This document shows positions 9,580-19,746 of a DNA stretch of 64,000 nt, in pieces. The translations under genes and the position numbers were made by a program. Where the stretch lies: the NCBI GenBank assembly GCA_012727955.1, contig JAAYGB010000053.1:589-64588 (forward strand), in the 5' to 3' direction. The stretch comes from Bacillota bacterium. GTDB taxonomy: Bacteria; Bacillota; Limnochordia; DTU087; JAAYGB01. The notes beneath the pieces were generated by a model that worked only from the letters and a program-made list of their open reading frames with translations, did no database searches and was not told where the DNA came from. How positions within the stretch are numbered: position 1 is the stretch's first letter; the number at the start of each line of letters is the position of its first letter.

Positions 9580-10680
9580 CTATCGACAGCTGGCAGAGAG
9601 AATCTGGCGCAGATCCTCTTCCGTCGGCTGGCCCTGGGAGAAGGAGATGTTTCTGGTCTTCATCGCCTTCTGCGCGTATTGGCCAATCTCAGCCTCCGAC
9701 AGCTCCAGTTTTGTCTCCAATAATTGATCCATCAGGGCAATAAACCCATCGACGGAACCTAGACCCAACCAGCCTAGGACCTTCTCCACCCTATCCGGTG
9801 TGCTCTGGGCGGTAAATCTCAGGTACTCTCCCATCAGCACCCCGTTGGCATGACCATGGGGAAGCCCGTGGTAGTAGGTCAGAGAGTACCCCAGGGCGTG
9901 GACCAGGGTGGTTCCTGTATGGGAAATGGTGAAGCCCCCGAGGGTAGAGGCTACCAACAGCTTGTCCCGCACCTCGGCGGAAAACTCCCGGGCCTTGAGC
10001 GCGGGAATACACTGGGCCCACAGCTCAATTCCCCTCTGCGCCAACAAACTGCTAAAGTCCGTCGCCCGCAGAGACAGATATCCTTCCACCAAATGAGACA
10101 GGGCATCGACCCCGGTATTAATGGTTACCGATACCGGCAATCCCATAGTGTAACGGTAGTCGAGAAAAGCAATCACAGGAAATACCTCGGGAACGGAAAA
10201 GGAGCGCTTCGTTTCCTGCTTTGGATCGGTGAGGATGGAATAGGGCGTCACCTCACTCCCGGTCCCGGCGGTTGTCGGGATTGCAACAATCGGTAAGGGG
10301 CGCTGAGCAAATTGATTGCTAAACAACTCATCGGCGGGAATATCATTGACCGCCAAGGTGGCTATGGCCTTAGCAGCGTCTAAGGGAGAGCCTCCCCCAA
10401 TGGCGATGATAAAATCCGGCTGATACTCCCGGGCCCTATTGCCCCCCGCGGTGACATTGGCCAGGGATGGATTGGGTTCTACCTCGGTGAAGGCTTCGTA
10501 TTCGATCCCCGCGTCGGTCAAGACCGCCACGACATCATCCCAAGCACCACTGAGTTTGGCGGAGGATCTGCCCGTTACCAACAGGGCCTTCTTACCTAAA
10601 CGGGACACCAGTTGTGCATTGTCACGCACACAGTTCTCTCCATGGATCACCTGGGTTGGTAAGAAAAAGCTGTATTGCAC
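9580..10680 (-). CDS. iron-containing alcohol dehydrogenase
   Basis: Fe-ADH family pattern (GGGSPLDAAKA, metal-binding His cluster). Start trimmed to the GTG that gives MQYSFFLPTQVIHGEN, which has an AAGGAG RBS 9 nt upstream. Confidence 0.85.
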   Translation of the reverse strand: MQYSFFLPTQVIHGENCVRDNAQLVSRLGKKALLVTGRSSAKLSGAWDDVVAVLTDAGIEYEAFTEVEPNPSLANVTAGGNRAREYQPDFIIAIGGGSPLDAAKAIATLAVNDIPADELFSNQFAQRPLPIVAIPTTAGTGSEVTPYSILTDPKQETKRSFSVPEVFPVIAFLDYRYTMGLPVSVTINTGVDALSHLVEGYLSLRATDFSSLLAQRGIELWAQCIPALKAREFSAEVRDKLLVASTLGGFTISHTGTTLVHALGYSLTYYHGLPHGHANGVLMGEYLRFTAQSTPDRVEKVLGWLGLGSVDGFIALMDQLLETKLELSEAEIGQYAQKAMKTRNISFSQGQPTEEDLRQILSASCR

Positions 10681-10743
10681 AATCCATCGCTCCTTCGTAG
10701 GATTTTCCGCTGTCGGTTCAGCCACTCCTAGGTTCTATCTCGG

Positions 10744-12141
10744 TTACGAATCAGAACTTTCCAAACCCGCTCGAAGAATAGGCACGTACACTTCACTGTC
10801 GCGAATGGGACATCCCGCCTGTCCCCCCAGACGCATAATCTGGGTACACTTGGAACAGGTGATGCAGACCTTCCTTGGGTCCAACTGACCCCTTTCCATC
10901 AAGTCCTTGGCAAAATCCGGGTAAGCAAAGCCCAGGCGACCCACTGCGATGATGGAGGCCCAGCCCTGCTTTACCGCCGCGGCCCCGGCGTTGGGGAAGA
11001 ACTGCCGCAACCAGCTGTATCCACTGGCCTGGATGAGAACCTCCGGCACCGCCCTTTGGATCTCCTTAGTGATCTGCACCAGGCGATTGACCCCCACCAG
11101 AGGATGCTCCGGAGGTACATCGGCCCCGGGCAGAGGCTGATCATAGGGGCGATTGATATGGGGCGTGTAATAGGGGTTGCCGGCGGTGACGTTAATCAGG
11201 CCGACGCCACGGCGGGCCAACTCCTGCACCAGCCAAAGGGGTTCATCCAAACATACTTCGGTACTGCCCTCTTCCGGTTTAACCCCCCAACCATAGGGAT
11301 AGGGATGGCCGTCGTAGACATTAAGACGGGTGGTGATGATCAGGCTATCACCCACGGCATCCCGGACTCGGTCCACTAACTCGAGGAAAAAGCGAGTCCG
11401 ATTCTCCAAACTTCCCCCATACTTACCGGGTCTGATATGGGCAGCCAATAATTCTGAGGTTAAATACCGATGACAATGCTTCAAGTCCACAGCATCAAAA
11501 CCCACATCCCGGGCCAGCTTAGCTGCAGCCACAAACTCATCCAATAGCTGGTCCAACTGATCATCGGTAATAGGCTCCTGCTGCGGTGTCACTCCCGTTA
11601 CCGGATCCAAGAGTGGGTCCCGAAAGGCGATCACAGGGGCCCGCTCACCTTGGGGCCGGCTGTAACGGCCGGAATGGGTTAGCTGGAGGACCGTCAAGGG
11701 ACGAAAATCTTCGCCGAGGGAATCTTGGGCCGCCGCCAGGGTCGAATCCACCAGCTCCCGAAAGGCTGGGGCACTACCGGGGTGCAGATACAACTGGCGG
11801 GGATTAGCCCTGCCCTCGGGAACCACCGCCGTGGCCTCAAACCAGATTAGGCCAGCGCCACCCCTGGCGAATCTCTGGTAACGACGAAAGGTCAGTTCGC
11901 CGGGGGCGCCATCGGCAGTGCCATCACACCCCTCCATGGGATTAACGGCCAGGCGATTGGGAATGGTGCGTCCCTCCAACTCTAATGGGGACAACAAGGT
12001 CTCCACATCTTCACTAAACTGCAGTTCCAGGCCGAGGGCATCGACATCTTGGCGAAGCTCATCCAGGGAGCGATACCGAAACCGCTGATGCTTATTCTCC
12101 ACCTCACAGGGCACAACCCTTCCACCGTTGGAGCGGTACAA
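10744..12141 (-). CDS. Old Yellow Enzyme-family NADH:flavin oxidoreductase with a C-terminal Cys cluster (FadH-like TIM barrel without the FAD/NAD domain)
   Basis: NRLAVNPM, LTHSGRYS and C-terminal CITCSKC...C motifs. A TTG start follows the GGAGGGGAGG RBS; the longer ORF to 12216 lacks an RBS. Confidence 0.75.
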   Translation of the reverse strand: MYRSNGGRVVPCEVENKHQRFRYRSLDELRQDVDALGLELQFSEDVETLLSPLELEGRTIPNRLAVNPMEGCDGTADGAPGELTFRRYQRFARGGAGLIWFEATAVVPEGRANPRQLYLHPGSAPAFRELVDSTLAAAQDSLGEDFRPLTVLQLTHSGRYSRPQGERAPVIAFRDPLLDPVTGVTPQQEPITDDQLDQLLDEFVAAAKLARDVGFDAVDLKHCHRYLTSELLAAHIRPGKYGGSLENRTRFFLELVDRVRDAVGDSLIITTRLNVYDGHPYPYGWGVKPEEGSTEVCLDEPLWLVQELARRGVGLINVTAGNPYYTPHINRPYDQPLPGADVPPEHPLVGVNRLVQITKEIQRAVPEVLIQASGYSWLRQFFPNAGAAAVKQGWASIIAVGRLGFAYPDFAKDLMERGQLDPRKVCITCSKCTQIMRLGGQAGCPIRDSEVYVPILRAGLESSDS

Positions 12142-12230
12142 AGGCTGCGCCTCCCCTCCTTTCAAAGTTTGCCTTCCCCTTTGACGACGCCTCAGGACCC
12201 AGAGGCTGACTGACAAAATCTACCGGCATC

Positions 12231-13550
12231 TCAAAGGGATTCCACCATCGACTCCGTCGACAGCGCCTCCGCTGCCGGCACTGCCATTCTTTGCATCTTC
12301 TCTACCTTCAGCATGCGAGTAATCATCGCTACTCCCAGAAACATAATCGCCGAGGAAAGGACAAAGCCAACGCTGGTGCCAACACCTATGGTTTGCACCA
12401 CCGCGGTTCCCGCCAAGGGTCCCAAGGCCGCGGCTAGATTGGCCGTGGCGCTGTTGAGCACGGTATAGTCGGAGAGATGTTCCTCGGGAGCGATCTCCAT
12501 CACAATACTAAACTGACACAGGAAGTATCCCGCGGAAAAGATCTGTCCAAAAATGTTGGCTACCGCCAACATCCAGGGCGAGGAGAAAAAGGTCCAGATC
12601 AAAGGTGAGATTACGGAACCTAAGGTGGTCACTAACAATAACCGGAAGTATCCCCACCGCTGAATAATGCGACCTCCAAAAAAATGACCGAAAAGGGCTG
12701 CGGCACTGCCAACGGTGGAAAGCAGACCAATTACCCCATTACTCAAACCCAGTTCCTCAACTTGGCGAACGGGGTACAGGGGCCAACCGAAACTCAAACC
12801 AAAGTGAAAGATCAAAATCCCGGCACAATAAAAGGCAAAGAGCTTGCCCTTCTCCCGATGGGAGAATACCCGCTTAATCCGTCCCTGGAAAGAAATGGGC
12901 GCCGGCGGATCTCCGGGAATAATCTCAATGGGCTCCCGCTGCTTCATGACATAGTACTGGGACACCATCACCGCGATAAAAGAGACGAAGAAAACACCGC
13001 TAAAGGCGGTAAGAAAGGGAACCCGCTCCAGTACCTGCCCCGCGATAAAGGTGGATACTAGGGCCACTAACCCTCCGGCGGTGTTCCGATTGCCAAAGAA
13101 TCGCCCCCGCTCCTCTTCGGGAACAATGGTGCTCATCATTGGAGTCCAAGCTACCGATGCCATTGACCACGGGATGTAGATCAATCCCCACATCAACAGC
13201 AGCGCCGTTGGCCTGATCTCTGCAGGCAACAGGGGAATCAGGGCCACAACCAGGAAAAGGCTGCGATAGGTAAAGTTCAGTTTGTTGATCAGCGGTAGCC
13301 TGGGAACATATCGCTCCACCAAGGAAGCAGCCAGAAGAACCGACAACAAACTGACGAAGGGGGGAAGCGACGTGATCCCACCCACCATCCCCTTGGTTCC
13401 GCCAAGACGCAGCATGTAGACACCCATATAGGGAATGGTAGCTCCCATCATGACGTTGAACCACATTCCGTCGAGGAAGGAGAACCGGGTATTTCTCCGC
13501 AGCAATCGCCGCTGCAACTTCTTGTTTACTACCACTGCCATGAACTTCAC
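12231..13550 (-). CDS. MFS transporter
   Basis: 439 aa with about 12 predicted transmembrane segments and an MFS-like arrangement. Confidence 0.8.
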   Translation of the reverse strand: MKFMAVVVNKKLQRRLLRRNTRFSFLDGMWFNVMMGATIPYMGVYMLRLGGTKGMVGGITSLPPFVSLLSVLLAASLVERYVPRLPLINKLNFTYRSLFLVVALIPLLPAEIRPTALLLMWGLIYIPWSMASVAWTPMMSTIVPEEERGRFFGNRNTAGGLVALVSTFIAGQVLERVPFLTAFSGVFFVSFIAVMVSQYYVMKQREPIEIIPGDPPAPISFQGRIKRVFSHREKGKLFAFYCAGILIFHFGLSFGWPLYPVRQVEELGLSNGVIGLLSTVGSAAALFGHFFGGRIIQRWGYFRLLLVTTLGSVISPLIWTFFSSPWMLAVANIFGQIFSAGYFLCQFSIVMEIAPEEHLSDYTVLNSATANLAAALGPLAGTAVVQTIGVGTSVGFVLSSAIMFLGVAMITRMLKVEKMQRMAVPAAEALSTESMVESL

Positions 13551-13651
13551 TCCTCAAACATATACAGCCTCGAAAAGGCTAGAACATACCTATATTAGTA
13601 TACAGAACCAAGACGCCCTTGAGGAGTTGAACTTGCATCGGCAACAATTTA

Positions 13652-14200
13652 TTAACCCCGGCTAAAGTTCCCCGCCCCTTCTCTCCGCTCTTCCAGGTGA
13701 AGCAAAGCCCGCTTCAGCTCCAGCCCACCACCAAAGCCCACTAAGCGGCCATCCCGTCCCACCACCCGATGACAGGGAATGAACACCAGCAGGGGATTGC
13801 GGTTACAGGCTCCCCCCACTGCCCGAGCTGCTTGGGGCCGTCCGATACTCCGAGCAACCTCACCGTAACTTCTCGTCTCACCATAGGGAATTTCCTGCAA
13901 GGCCTGCCAAGTAGCCCGTTGAAAGTCCGTTCCGGTGACATCCATCGGCACCTCAAACCGCTGCCGGACCCCGGCAAAGTACTGCGCCAATTGCTGGATA
14001 TACTCCTCCAACGGATCCGCTGCAGGGACCAGTTCACAGTCGGGATACCGACGCTGCAGCTGGAACAAGAACTCCTGCTCATAGATGGCCACCTGACTAG
14101 AGCAAAGCCCCCGCTGGGTGGCAGCTAGATAGAATCTCCATTGGTGAAATTCAGCCACGGTCCAATGAATTGGGCTAAGGACTAAGTTATCACTACTCAT
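13652..14200 (-). CDS. ogt: methylated-DNA--protein-cysteine methyltransferase
   Basis: PCHRVV active-site motif and an [11 protein letters not shown] region. Confidence 0.85.
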   Translation of the reverse strand: MSSDNLVLSPIHWTVAEFHQWRFYLAATQRGLCSSQVAIYEQEFLFQLQRRYPDCELVPAADPLEEYIQQLAQYFAGVRQRFEVPMDVTGTDFQRATWQALQEIPYGETRSYGEVARSIGRPQAARAVGGACNRNPLLVFIPCHRVVGRDGRLVGFGGGLELKRALLHLEERREGAGNFSRG

Positions 14201-14240
14201 AGAAATTCAGATCCTTATCGGAGTCTGCCAGCAGAGGGTT

Positions 14241-14288
14241 TAACAAAAGAGAGCTGACGGCCGCAAACAGCCCGCTCTCTTTTTACAG
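14241..14288. terminator. hairpin terminator, likely bidirectional
   Basis: AAAAGAGAGC-N19-GCTCTCTTTT with T-runs. Confidence 0.5.
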
Positions 14289-14308
14289 ACTCTCGTTAGA
14301 TATTTAGA

Positions 14309-15055
14309 CTATTTACCCATTCGCCGCAGATTCTCCAGGCTGAGTTTGGCACTTTCCAGTGGTGGACGCTGACAGATATCCTGTTCAACTATGTACCACT
14401 CTACGCCGTTAGCCTCAGCAGCGGCAAAGATCGGCTCCAGATCGATAATTCCCTCGCCTACCTCGGCAAAGGACCGGTTCTCATCGTCGGCCATGTCCTT
14501 GAGGTGAACGATGGGTACTCGACCGGAGTACTTCTCAATGTAAGCGGCGGGATCCTCGCCGGCCCGAGTCACCCAGTAGATGTCTAATTCAGCCTGTATC
14601 AGGTCTGAACCCAAAGTACTGAAGAGGTAATCAAGTACATATTGTCCGTCGATCTTCTCAAACTCAAAGTCGTGGTTGTGGTACAGTAGCTGAATTCCAT
14701 TTTCCTTGAGGCGAGGAGCTATTTTCGCCAGAGATTGGGCAATGGCCGGCCAATCATTTCTTCGCTCCTCAACGACATAGGGGCAAGATACGAACTTGCT
14801 CTCCAAGGTCTGATGATACTCAATTACTCGGTCGAGGTCCGACTCCAACATCTCCAGGGGGACGTGGGCTCCGGCGGCCTTCAGGCCGAGGTCATCGAGT
14901 ACCTTCTTCAACTCCGTAGGTGTCAGGTCACCGTAGCCGGCAAACTCGACACCGTCGTAGCCAAGCTCAGCTACCTTTTCTAGAGTTCCGACAAAGTCCT
15001 CCTGCAGCAGGTCTCTCACTGTAAAGAGTTGGAGTCCAATCGGTGTCTTCGCCAC
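14309..15055 (-). CDS. sugar phosphate isomerase/epimerase (xylose isomerase-like TIM barrel)
   Basis: 248 aa; the IGLQLFTVRD N-terminus is typical of the AP endonuclease 2/xylose isomerase-like TIM-barrel family. Confidence 0.8.
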   Translation of the reverse strand: MAKTPIGLQLFTVRDLLQEDFVGTLEKVAELGYDGVEFAGYGDLTPTELKKVLDDLGLKAAGAHVPLEMLESDLDRVIEYHQTLESKFVSCPYVVEERRNDWPAIAQSLAKIAPRLKENGIQLLYHNHDFEFEKIDGQYVLDYLFSTLGSDLIQAELDIYWVTRAGEDPAAYIEKYSGRVPIVHLKDMADDENRSFAEVGEGIIDLEPIFAAAEANGVEWYIVEQDICQRPPLESAKLSLENLRRMGK

Positions 15056-15077
15056 AATACCACCTCAATTTTAGAGA

Positions 15078-16076
15078 TTATAGATCCGCTAACTTCACCC
15101 AAGTTCCAGTTTCATGGGCCTGATAGGCAGCGACCATCAGCTGGGTCAGGGCAATACCATCCTCTACGCCAAAGTCGATGGGAGCGTCGTTGCGAATGCC
15201 CTCGATCCACTGCTCCATGGGGCTGACTCCCGGTTGTGGTAGACGACTGGGAACGATCCAGCCGGAAATGCCGCCCTCGCCGGAGCTGTTGGTGGCAAAG
15301 GTAATGGTCTGGTTGGGACCTTGAATCAACAGGCTGCCCTCGGTACCATAAATCTCCAGGGAGAAGGGAGACTGGCTGGAGACAAATCCCGTCTCTTGGA
15401 TAGCGATACATCCGTCCTCATACTTCATGAAGGTGACCGCGTTGTCCTCGACTTCCTTACCGGTGACAAAGGTCAAGGCTGCATTGACGCTCTCGGGCAT
15501 TCCCAGCAACCAGCGGGTCAGATACATTCCGTGGGCACCGAGGTCCATCAAAGCGCCACCGCCACAGGCTACAGGATCATAGAAGTGGGGAGGCAGCCAA
15601 CCGGCACTGGCACCGTTGTGGGCGTTACGGATGCGCAGCAAAGTAACTTGTCCCAAAACTCCGCTGTCCAGTACCTGCTTCGCGAAGATCATGCGAGGCA
15701 TCACTTGATGGGGATAAGAAATCGCAAACTTGACACCGGCTTCCTTGACCGCCTCGGCGATAGCTTCACAATCCTCGACGGTAAGGGCCAATACCTTCTC
15801 GGTGAAGATATGCTTGCCGGCCTTGGCCGCCTTCACGATCACTTCCCGGTGCATGTTGGTGGGAGTATCGACGATGACGCCATCGATGTCATCGACAGCT
15901 AGCAGCTCATCGAGATCAGCATAGAAGGGAACTCCCAATTCTTCGGCCCAGGCTTCACCGCGACTGGGCTCCTCGTCCCAAATTGCTGCCACCTCTACTC
16001 CCGGGATACTATTGGCCTGTCTAGCATATCCCTTTGCGTGTACGTGCCAACCACTTAACATCGCTACTTTAATCAC
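15078..16076 (-). CDS. Gfo/Idh/MocA-family oxidoreductase
   Basis: Rossmann N-terminus MIKVAMLSGWHVHAKGY. Start placed at the GTG after the AGGAGGG RBS; the upstream part of the longer ORF is untranslated-like. Confidence 0.8.
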   Translation of the reverse strand: MIKVAMLSGWHVHAKGYARQANSIPGVEVAAIWDEEPSRGEAWAEELGVPFYADLDELLAVDDIDGVIVDTPTNMHREVIVKAAKAGKHIFTEKVLALTVEDCEAIAEAVKEAGVKFAISYPHQVMPRMIFAKQVLDSGVLGQVTLLRIRNAHNGASAGWLPPHFYDPVACGGGALMDLGAHGMYLTRWLLGMPESVNAALTFVTGKEVEDNAVTFMKYEDGCIAIQETGFVSSQSPFSLEIYGTEGSLLIQGPNQTITFATNSSGEGGISGWIVPSRLPQPGVSPMEQWIEGIRNDAPIDFGVEDGIALTQLMVAAYQAHETGTWVKLADL

Positions 16077-16190
16077 TTTTACATACCCTCCTGAATAGCT
16101 CTCTTGGGAATGTCCGGGAAGTTTTCTTCCCAGCATCCCTGATATGTTATCCCTAATGGATACCATCAACTGAAGCAATTACTACAAAAA

Positions 16191-16712
16191 CTACTCGATT
16201 ACTTGCACAAGATCGTCTAGATTTTTCCGTGGTCTGGCCTTAGGTTCACCCTGGGGCACTCCGACGGGAATCAGGGTTAGGGGCCGATGGTTGGATGGTA
16301 AGTTCAAAGCCGCGGCCACCCTTTCCTCCGAGAAGGCTCCTACCCAAGTGGTGCCCAATCCATAGGCCGTCGCGGTCAATAGTATGTTCTGAGCAGCGGC
16401 CGCTGCATCCTGGATACAGTACAACTCCCGGCCTCGGTCGCCGTACCTGGCCGCAGACACCTCGGGATCGACACAGACCACAATGACAACCGGTGCATCC
16501 ATTAGGAAGCGTTGCCCCAGAGCAGCCTCAACCAACTGCTCCTTGATCTCCAGATTCTTAACCACGTAGAAAAACCACGGCTGTTGATTCCCGGCACTGG
16601 GGGCCAAGACTGCCGACTCCAGCAGCCTGGCGATGGTAGCATCGTCAACCTCTCCGCCTAATTGGCGGATACTCCGTCGTTCCTCAATACATGCGATAAC
16701 ATCCTTAGTCAA
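16191..16712 (-). CDS. nitroreductase-family protein
   Basis: 173 aa; an RRSIRQ N-terminal motif with a nitroreductase fold pattern. Confidence 0.8.
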   Translation of the reverse strand: MTKDVIACIEERRSIRQLGGEVDDATIARLLESAVLAPSAGNQQPWFFYVVKNLEIKEQLVEAALGQRFLMDAPVVIVVCVDPEVSAARYGDRGRELYCIQDAAAAAQNILLTATAYGLGTTWVGAFSEERVAAALNLPSNHRPLTLIPVGVPQGEPKARPRKNLDDLVQVIE

Positions 16713-16726
16713 CTTGCCCCACCCTC

Positions 16727-17140
16727 CTAAAACCGGCTGTGGCGGCGTTGCATGGAATCCGGCATAATCTGCATCAGCTCAATGGGCACCCCATCGGGGT
16801 CTTTGATCCAATACTGCCAATTTCCATCCGCCCCCATAGTGGGTTCACCAACGTCAAGGCCCTTGGCTGCCAAGTGAGCCAAGGTGGCCTGCATATCATC
16901 CACCTGCAAACAGAGGTGGGTGAACCCAATACTGGAACCGGTGATCTCATTAGCATCCTTTCCCCCAGGAAAGAGTTCGATGAACACATCCTTGCTGATC
17001 TGCAAGTACACCAGCCACACACTGCCATCGTCACGGGTCAGTTCAAAGGCCTTCCGCAACCCCAACACTTCTGTGTAAAACCGAAGGGACTCTGCCAAAT
17101 CGCTACACCGAATTGCCACATGCCCGATTCCACTAATCAC
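16727..17140 (-). CDS. VOC-family protein (glyoxalase/bleomycin-resistance fold)
   Basis: GHVAIRCSDLAESLRFYTEVLG is the typical VOC N-terminal beta-alpha-beta unit. GTG start. Confidence 0.8.
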   Translation of the reverse strand: MISGIGHVAIRCSDLAESLRFYTEVLGLRKAFELTRDDGSVWLVYLQISKDVFIELFPGGKDANEITGSSIGFTHLCLQVDDMQATLAHLAAKGLDVGEPTMGADGNWQYWIKDPDGVPIELMQIMPDSMQRRHSRF

Positions 17141-17292
17141 GGGAAACGCCCCCTACCTAAGAGTTGCTTACCAAAACTAACCATACTCGCCTGTTAACTT
17201 CTCGTTTCCTCTACAGGTTCCTGCTTTCTCCCCTTCTTTCCCCGGCTTGCTCCTTTGGGGCGAAACTGGAAGAGCCAAGCAGACTGCGGCAG

Positions 17293-18294
17293 TTATTCCT
17301 GGGTTGGCACAAAGGTGCGCAGCCACAGGCCGGCACCCTCGATGGTCAGATCCTTGACGGCTGCGGGGACTAGGACACTGGTTCCCGAGCGCAATTTCAC
17401 CTCTTCCCCACCGCCGGACATGGTGCACTGGCCATCGATGAGGACAAAGATCTCCATCCGATTCTCCGGCTCCACCCGCCACTGACCCTTCAACTCGATT
17501 CCTTCGATGACGTACTTATCATTGGCATCCAGCAGAGAGCGTTGATACTGGGAAGTAGTCTCGATCAGGGCGCTGTCGCCCTTGACCCTTTCCTCCGGTG
17601 CCGGTACCACCTGCTGGAAATCGATTACCTCCAGGGCCTGCTTCACGTGGAGCTCGCGAGGTTGGCCATCATCCCCCAAGCGATTCCAATCATACACCCG
17701 ATACACCGTGTCGGAGTTCTGCTGAATCTCCGCCACCACCACTCCCCTGCCCAGGGCGTGTAAGGTGCCGGCAGGCACAGAGTAGACTTCACCCACCTGA
17801 ACTTCCACCAGCTGCAGGAGCTCCTCCACCGTGCCCTTGGCGATGGCCTCGGCGAACTGTTCCCGGGTGGTGCCGGGCTTTGTCCCGTAGACGATCTTGG
17901 CTCCCGGCTGGGTGGCCAGTACGATCCAAGTCTCGGTTTTGCCCAGTTCACCCTGGGCATATTGGCGGGCATAGTCATCATCGGGGTGAACCTGAACGGA
18001 CAGCCAATCGTTGCAGTCCAGCAATTTCACCAACAGCGGGAATTGCCCATCGTCACCCAGGGGAGTATCCCCCATGATCTCTCGGCGGCGGTTCTGAATC
18101 AGATCCGCCAATTTTGTCCCAGCCAAGGGGCCGTTGCTCACCACCGATTGCCCATGGGAATGGGCGGCAATCTCCCAACTCTCCCCTACCCTTCGGGAGG
18201 GAAGCTTGCGGTCAAACAAAGCTTCCAGGGCGTCGCCGCCCCAGATCTTTTCTTTGTATATCGGTTCAAACAGTAATGGATACAACGCTAGCAC
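17293..18294 (-). CDS. manA: class I mannose-6-phosphate isomerase
   Basis: PLLFEPIYKEKIWGG, HPDD and ELGKTE motifs match Bacillus-type ManA. Confidence 0.85.
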   Translation of the reverse strand: MLALYPLLFEPIYKEKIWGGDALEALFDRKLPSRRVGESWEIAAHSHGQSVVSNGPLAGTKLADLIQNRRREIMGDTPLGDDGQFPLLVKLLDCNDWLSVQVHPDDDYARQYAQGELGKTETWIVLATQPGAKIVYGTKPGTTREQFAEAIAKGTVEELLQLVEVQVGEVYSVPAGTLHALGRGVVVAEIQQNSDTVYRVYDWNRLGDDGQPRELHVKQALEVIDFQQVVPAPEERVKGDSALIETTSQYQRSLLDANDKYVIEGIELKGQWRVEPENRMEIFVLIDGQCTMSGGGEEVKLRSGTSVLVPAAVKDLTIEGAGLWLRTFVPTQE

Positions 18295-18326
18295 CTCCGA
18301 GGTATCTACTAGCTTTAGTTAATTTG

Positions 18327-19571
18327 TTACCTTTTCAGGGTCTTATAAACGGCAATTCCCGCCGCAGCCATCCCCGCCAACAGCAGGCCGCTGCTGGCCA
18401 TGGCCGGGCGCATGCCGATTAAATCAACTAATACTCCAATCAGTCCCGGGACCAACATGCTACCCAGGGCACCGGCGCCAACTAAGAGACCACTAACTGC
18501 CCCCATGTTCCCGGGGAAAAGAGTGCCGGCAACGGCCAATCCCGTGGGGAATATACTGGCCAGGAAGAACCCCGTACTGGTGAATCCCACCGCGGAGAGC
18601 CATCCCGTGGGAGCTAGGACCGCGACTAGAATGGAGACAAAGGAACCCAGGGATCCAAACAACAGGGTACGACCATAGCCCAATTGTTCCACCATCACAC
18701 CCATCAACAGCCGACCCACCAAGATTCCGGCACTGAACATGGACACCGTCAGTGAGGCTTCCATCGTGGAGAAGGCAAAGATTTCACCGAGATAGCTGTT
18801 AGCCCATCCGGAAACAGTCCCCGAGATCCCGTTGTGCAAGAACATAATCGACGCCACCAGGAGAAAGGTCGGGTGGTTGATAAACTGCAGCAAGGCCTGC
18901 TGTAGAGAGGCTTGCGACTGACCTTGCCCTGACTCCTCCGACGGATCAGGCTCGGCGCCCAGATAATACTCCCTGGGATAGGGGAAGGGCAAGAATATGG
19001 CCACCAACCCCAGAGCCGCTACCCCTACTATGCCAAAAACCTGGGACCAACTACCCCCGGAGTTGAGCACCCACCCGGCCATCAACGGACCAACGAAGGC
19101 TCCCACCCCATACCACACATGTAAGAAGTTCAAGGCCCGCCCGGGATTTTTCCGATGCATATCCGTCATGATTACGTTGGCAACACCATCGATTAGTCCC
19201 TGGCCCACCCCGGTAATGGTCGCCAGCACCAGGATCCAGTTCCATGAGGGCACCCAGATCGATAGGAACAAAGTCGCGGCAATGAAGAAACCACCGCTGA
19301 CCACCACCACCTTACGACCATAGAGATCGGTAATCAACCCACCGGCAATAACGGATACCAAGTAACCCAGACCCCGCGCCGTGAAGATTACAGCAACCGC
19401 CGACGGGGTCAACGAGAAATCCCTGACGAAAAAGGGAATTAAGGGGCCGAGGGTATTAATCACCAGGCCCACAATCCACAGGTCGTAACAAGCTCCCACT
19501 GTAAAGAGATTGCGAACCCACCGCGGAGGCTGTACCCGATGCTCCCGGGCCGTTACCGACATCTTAGCCAT
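18327..19571 (-). CDS. MFS transporter
   Basis: 414 aa with 12 predicted transmembrane segments. Confidence 0.8.
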   Translation of the reverse strand: MAKMSVTAREHRVQPPRWVRNLFTVGACYDLWIVGLVINTLGPLIPFFVRDFSLTPSAVAVIFTARGLGYLVSVIAGGLITDLYGRKVVVVSGGFFIAATLFLSIWVPSWNWILVLATITGVGQGLIDGVANVIMTDMHRKNPGRALNFLHVWYGVGAFVGPLMAGWVLNSGGSWSQVFGIVGVAALGLVAIFLPFPYPREYYLGAEPDPSEESGQGQSQASLQQALLQFINHPTFLLVASIMFLHNGISGTVSGWANSYLGEIFAFSTMEASLTVSMFSAGILVGRLLMGVMVEQLGYGRTLLFGSLGSFVSILVAVLAPTGWLSAVGFTSTGFFLASIFPTGLAVAGTLFPGNMGAVSGLLVGAGALGSMLVPGLIGVLVDLIGMRPAMASSGLLLAGMAAAGIAVYKTLKR

Positions 19572-19746
19572 ATGACTTCACCTTTTCCTTTAGTTGTAAA
19601 TCCATCTTCGCTAAGATTCATTCCACGCTGCCGTTAGTTCAACCTCCTCCCAGGGAAAAGCTCACAGAATAACAGGAAACAAGGGATTCTAGGCGAACCA
19701 ATTATTCAGCCTATTTTGGGATATTTCGATAAAAGGTTGGGTTGTC

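Noticed and set aside
8902-10680. Possible TAG-readthrough fusion of the alcohol dehydrogenase with the downstream methyltransferase (same frame, 9-nt gap)
   Set aside because: Both proteins are complete stand-alone families of normal length. Frame identity has a 1-in-3 chance expectation. TAG clearly terminates other genes in the window, for example the helicase at 310.
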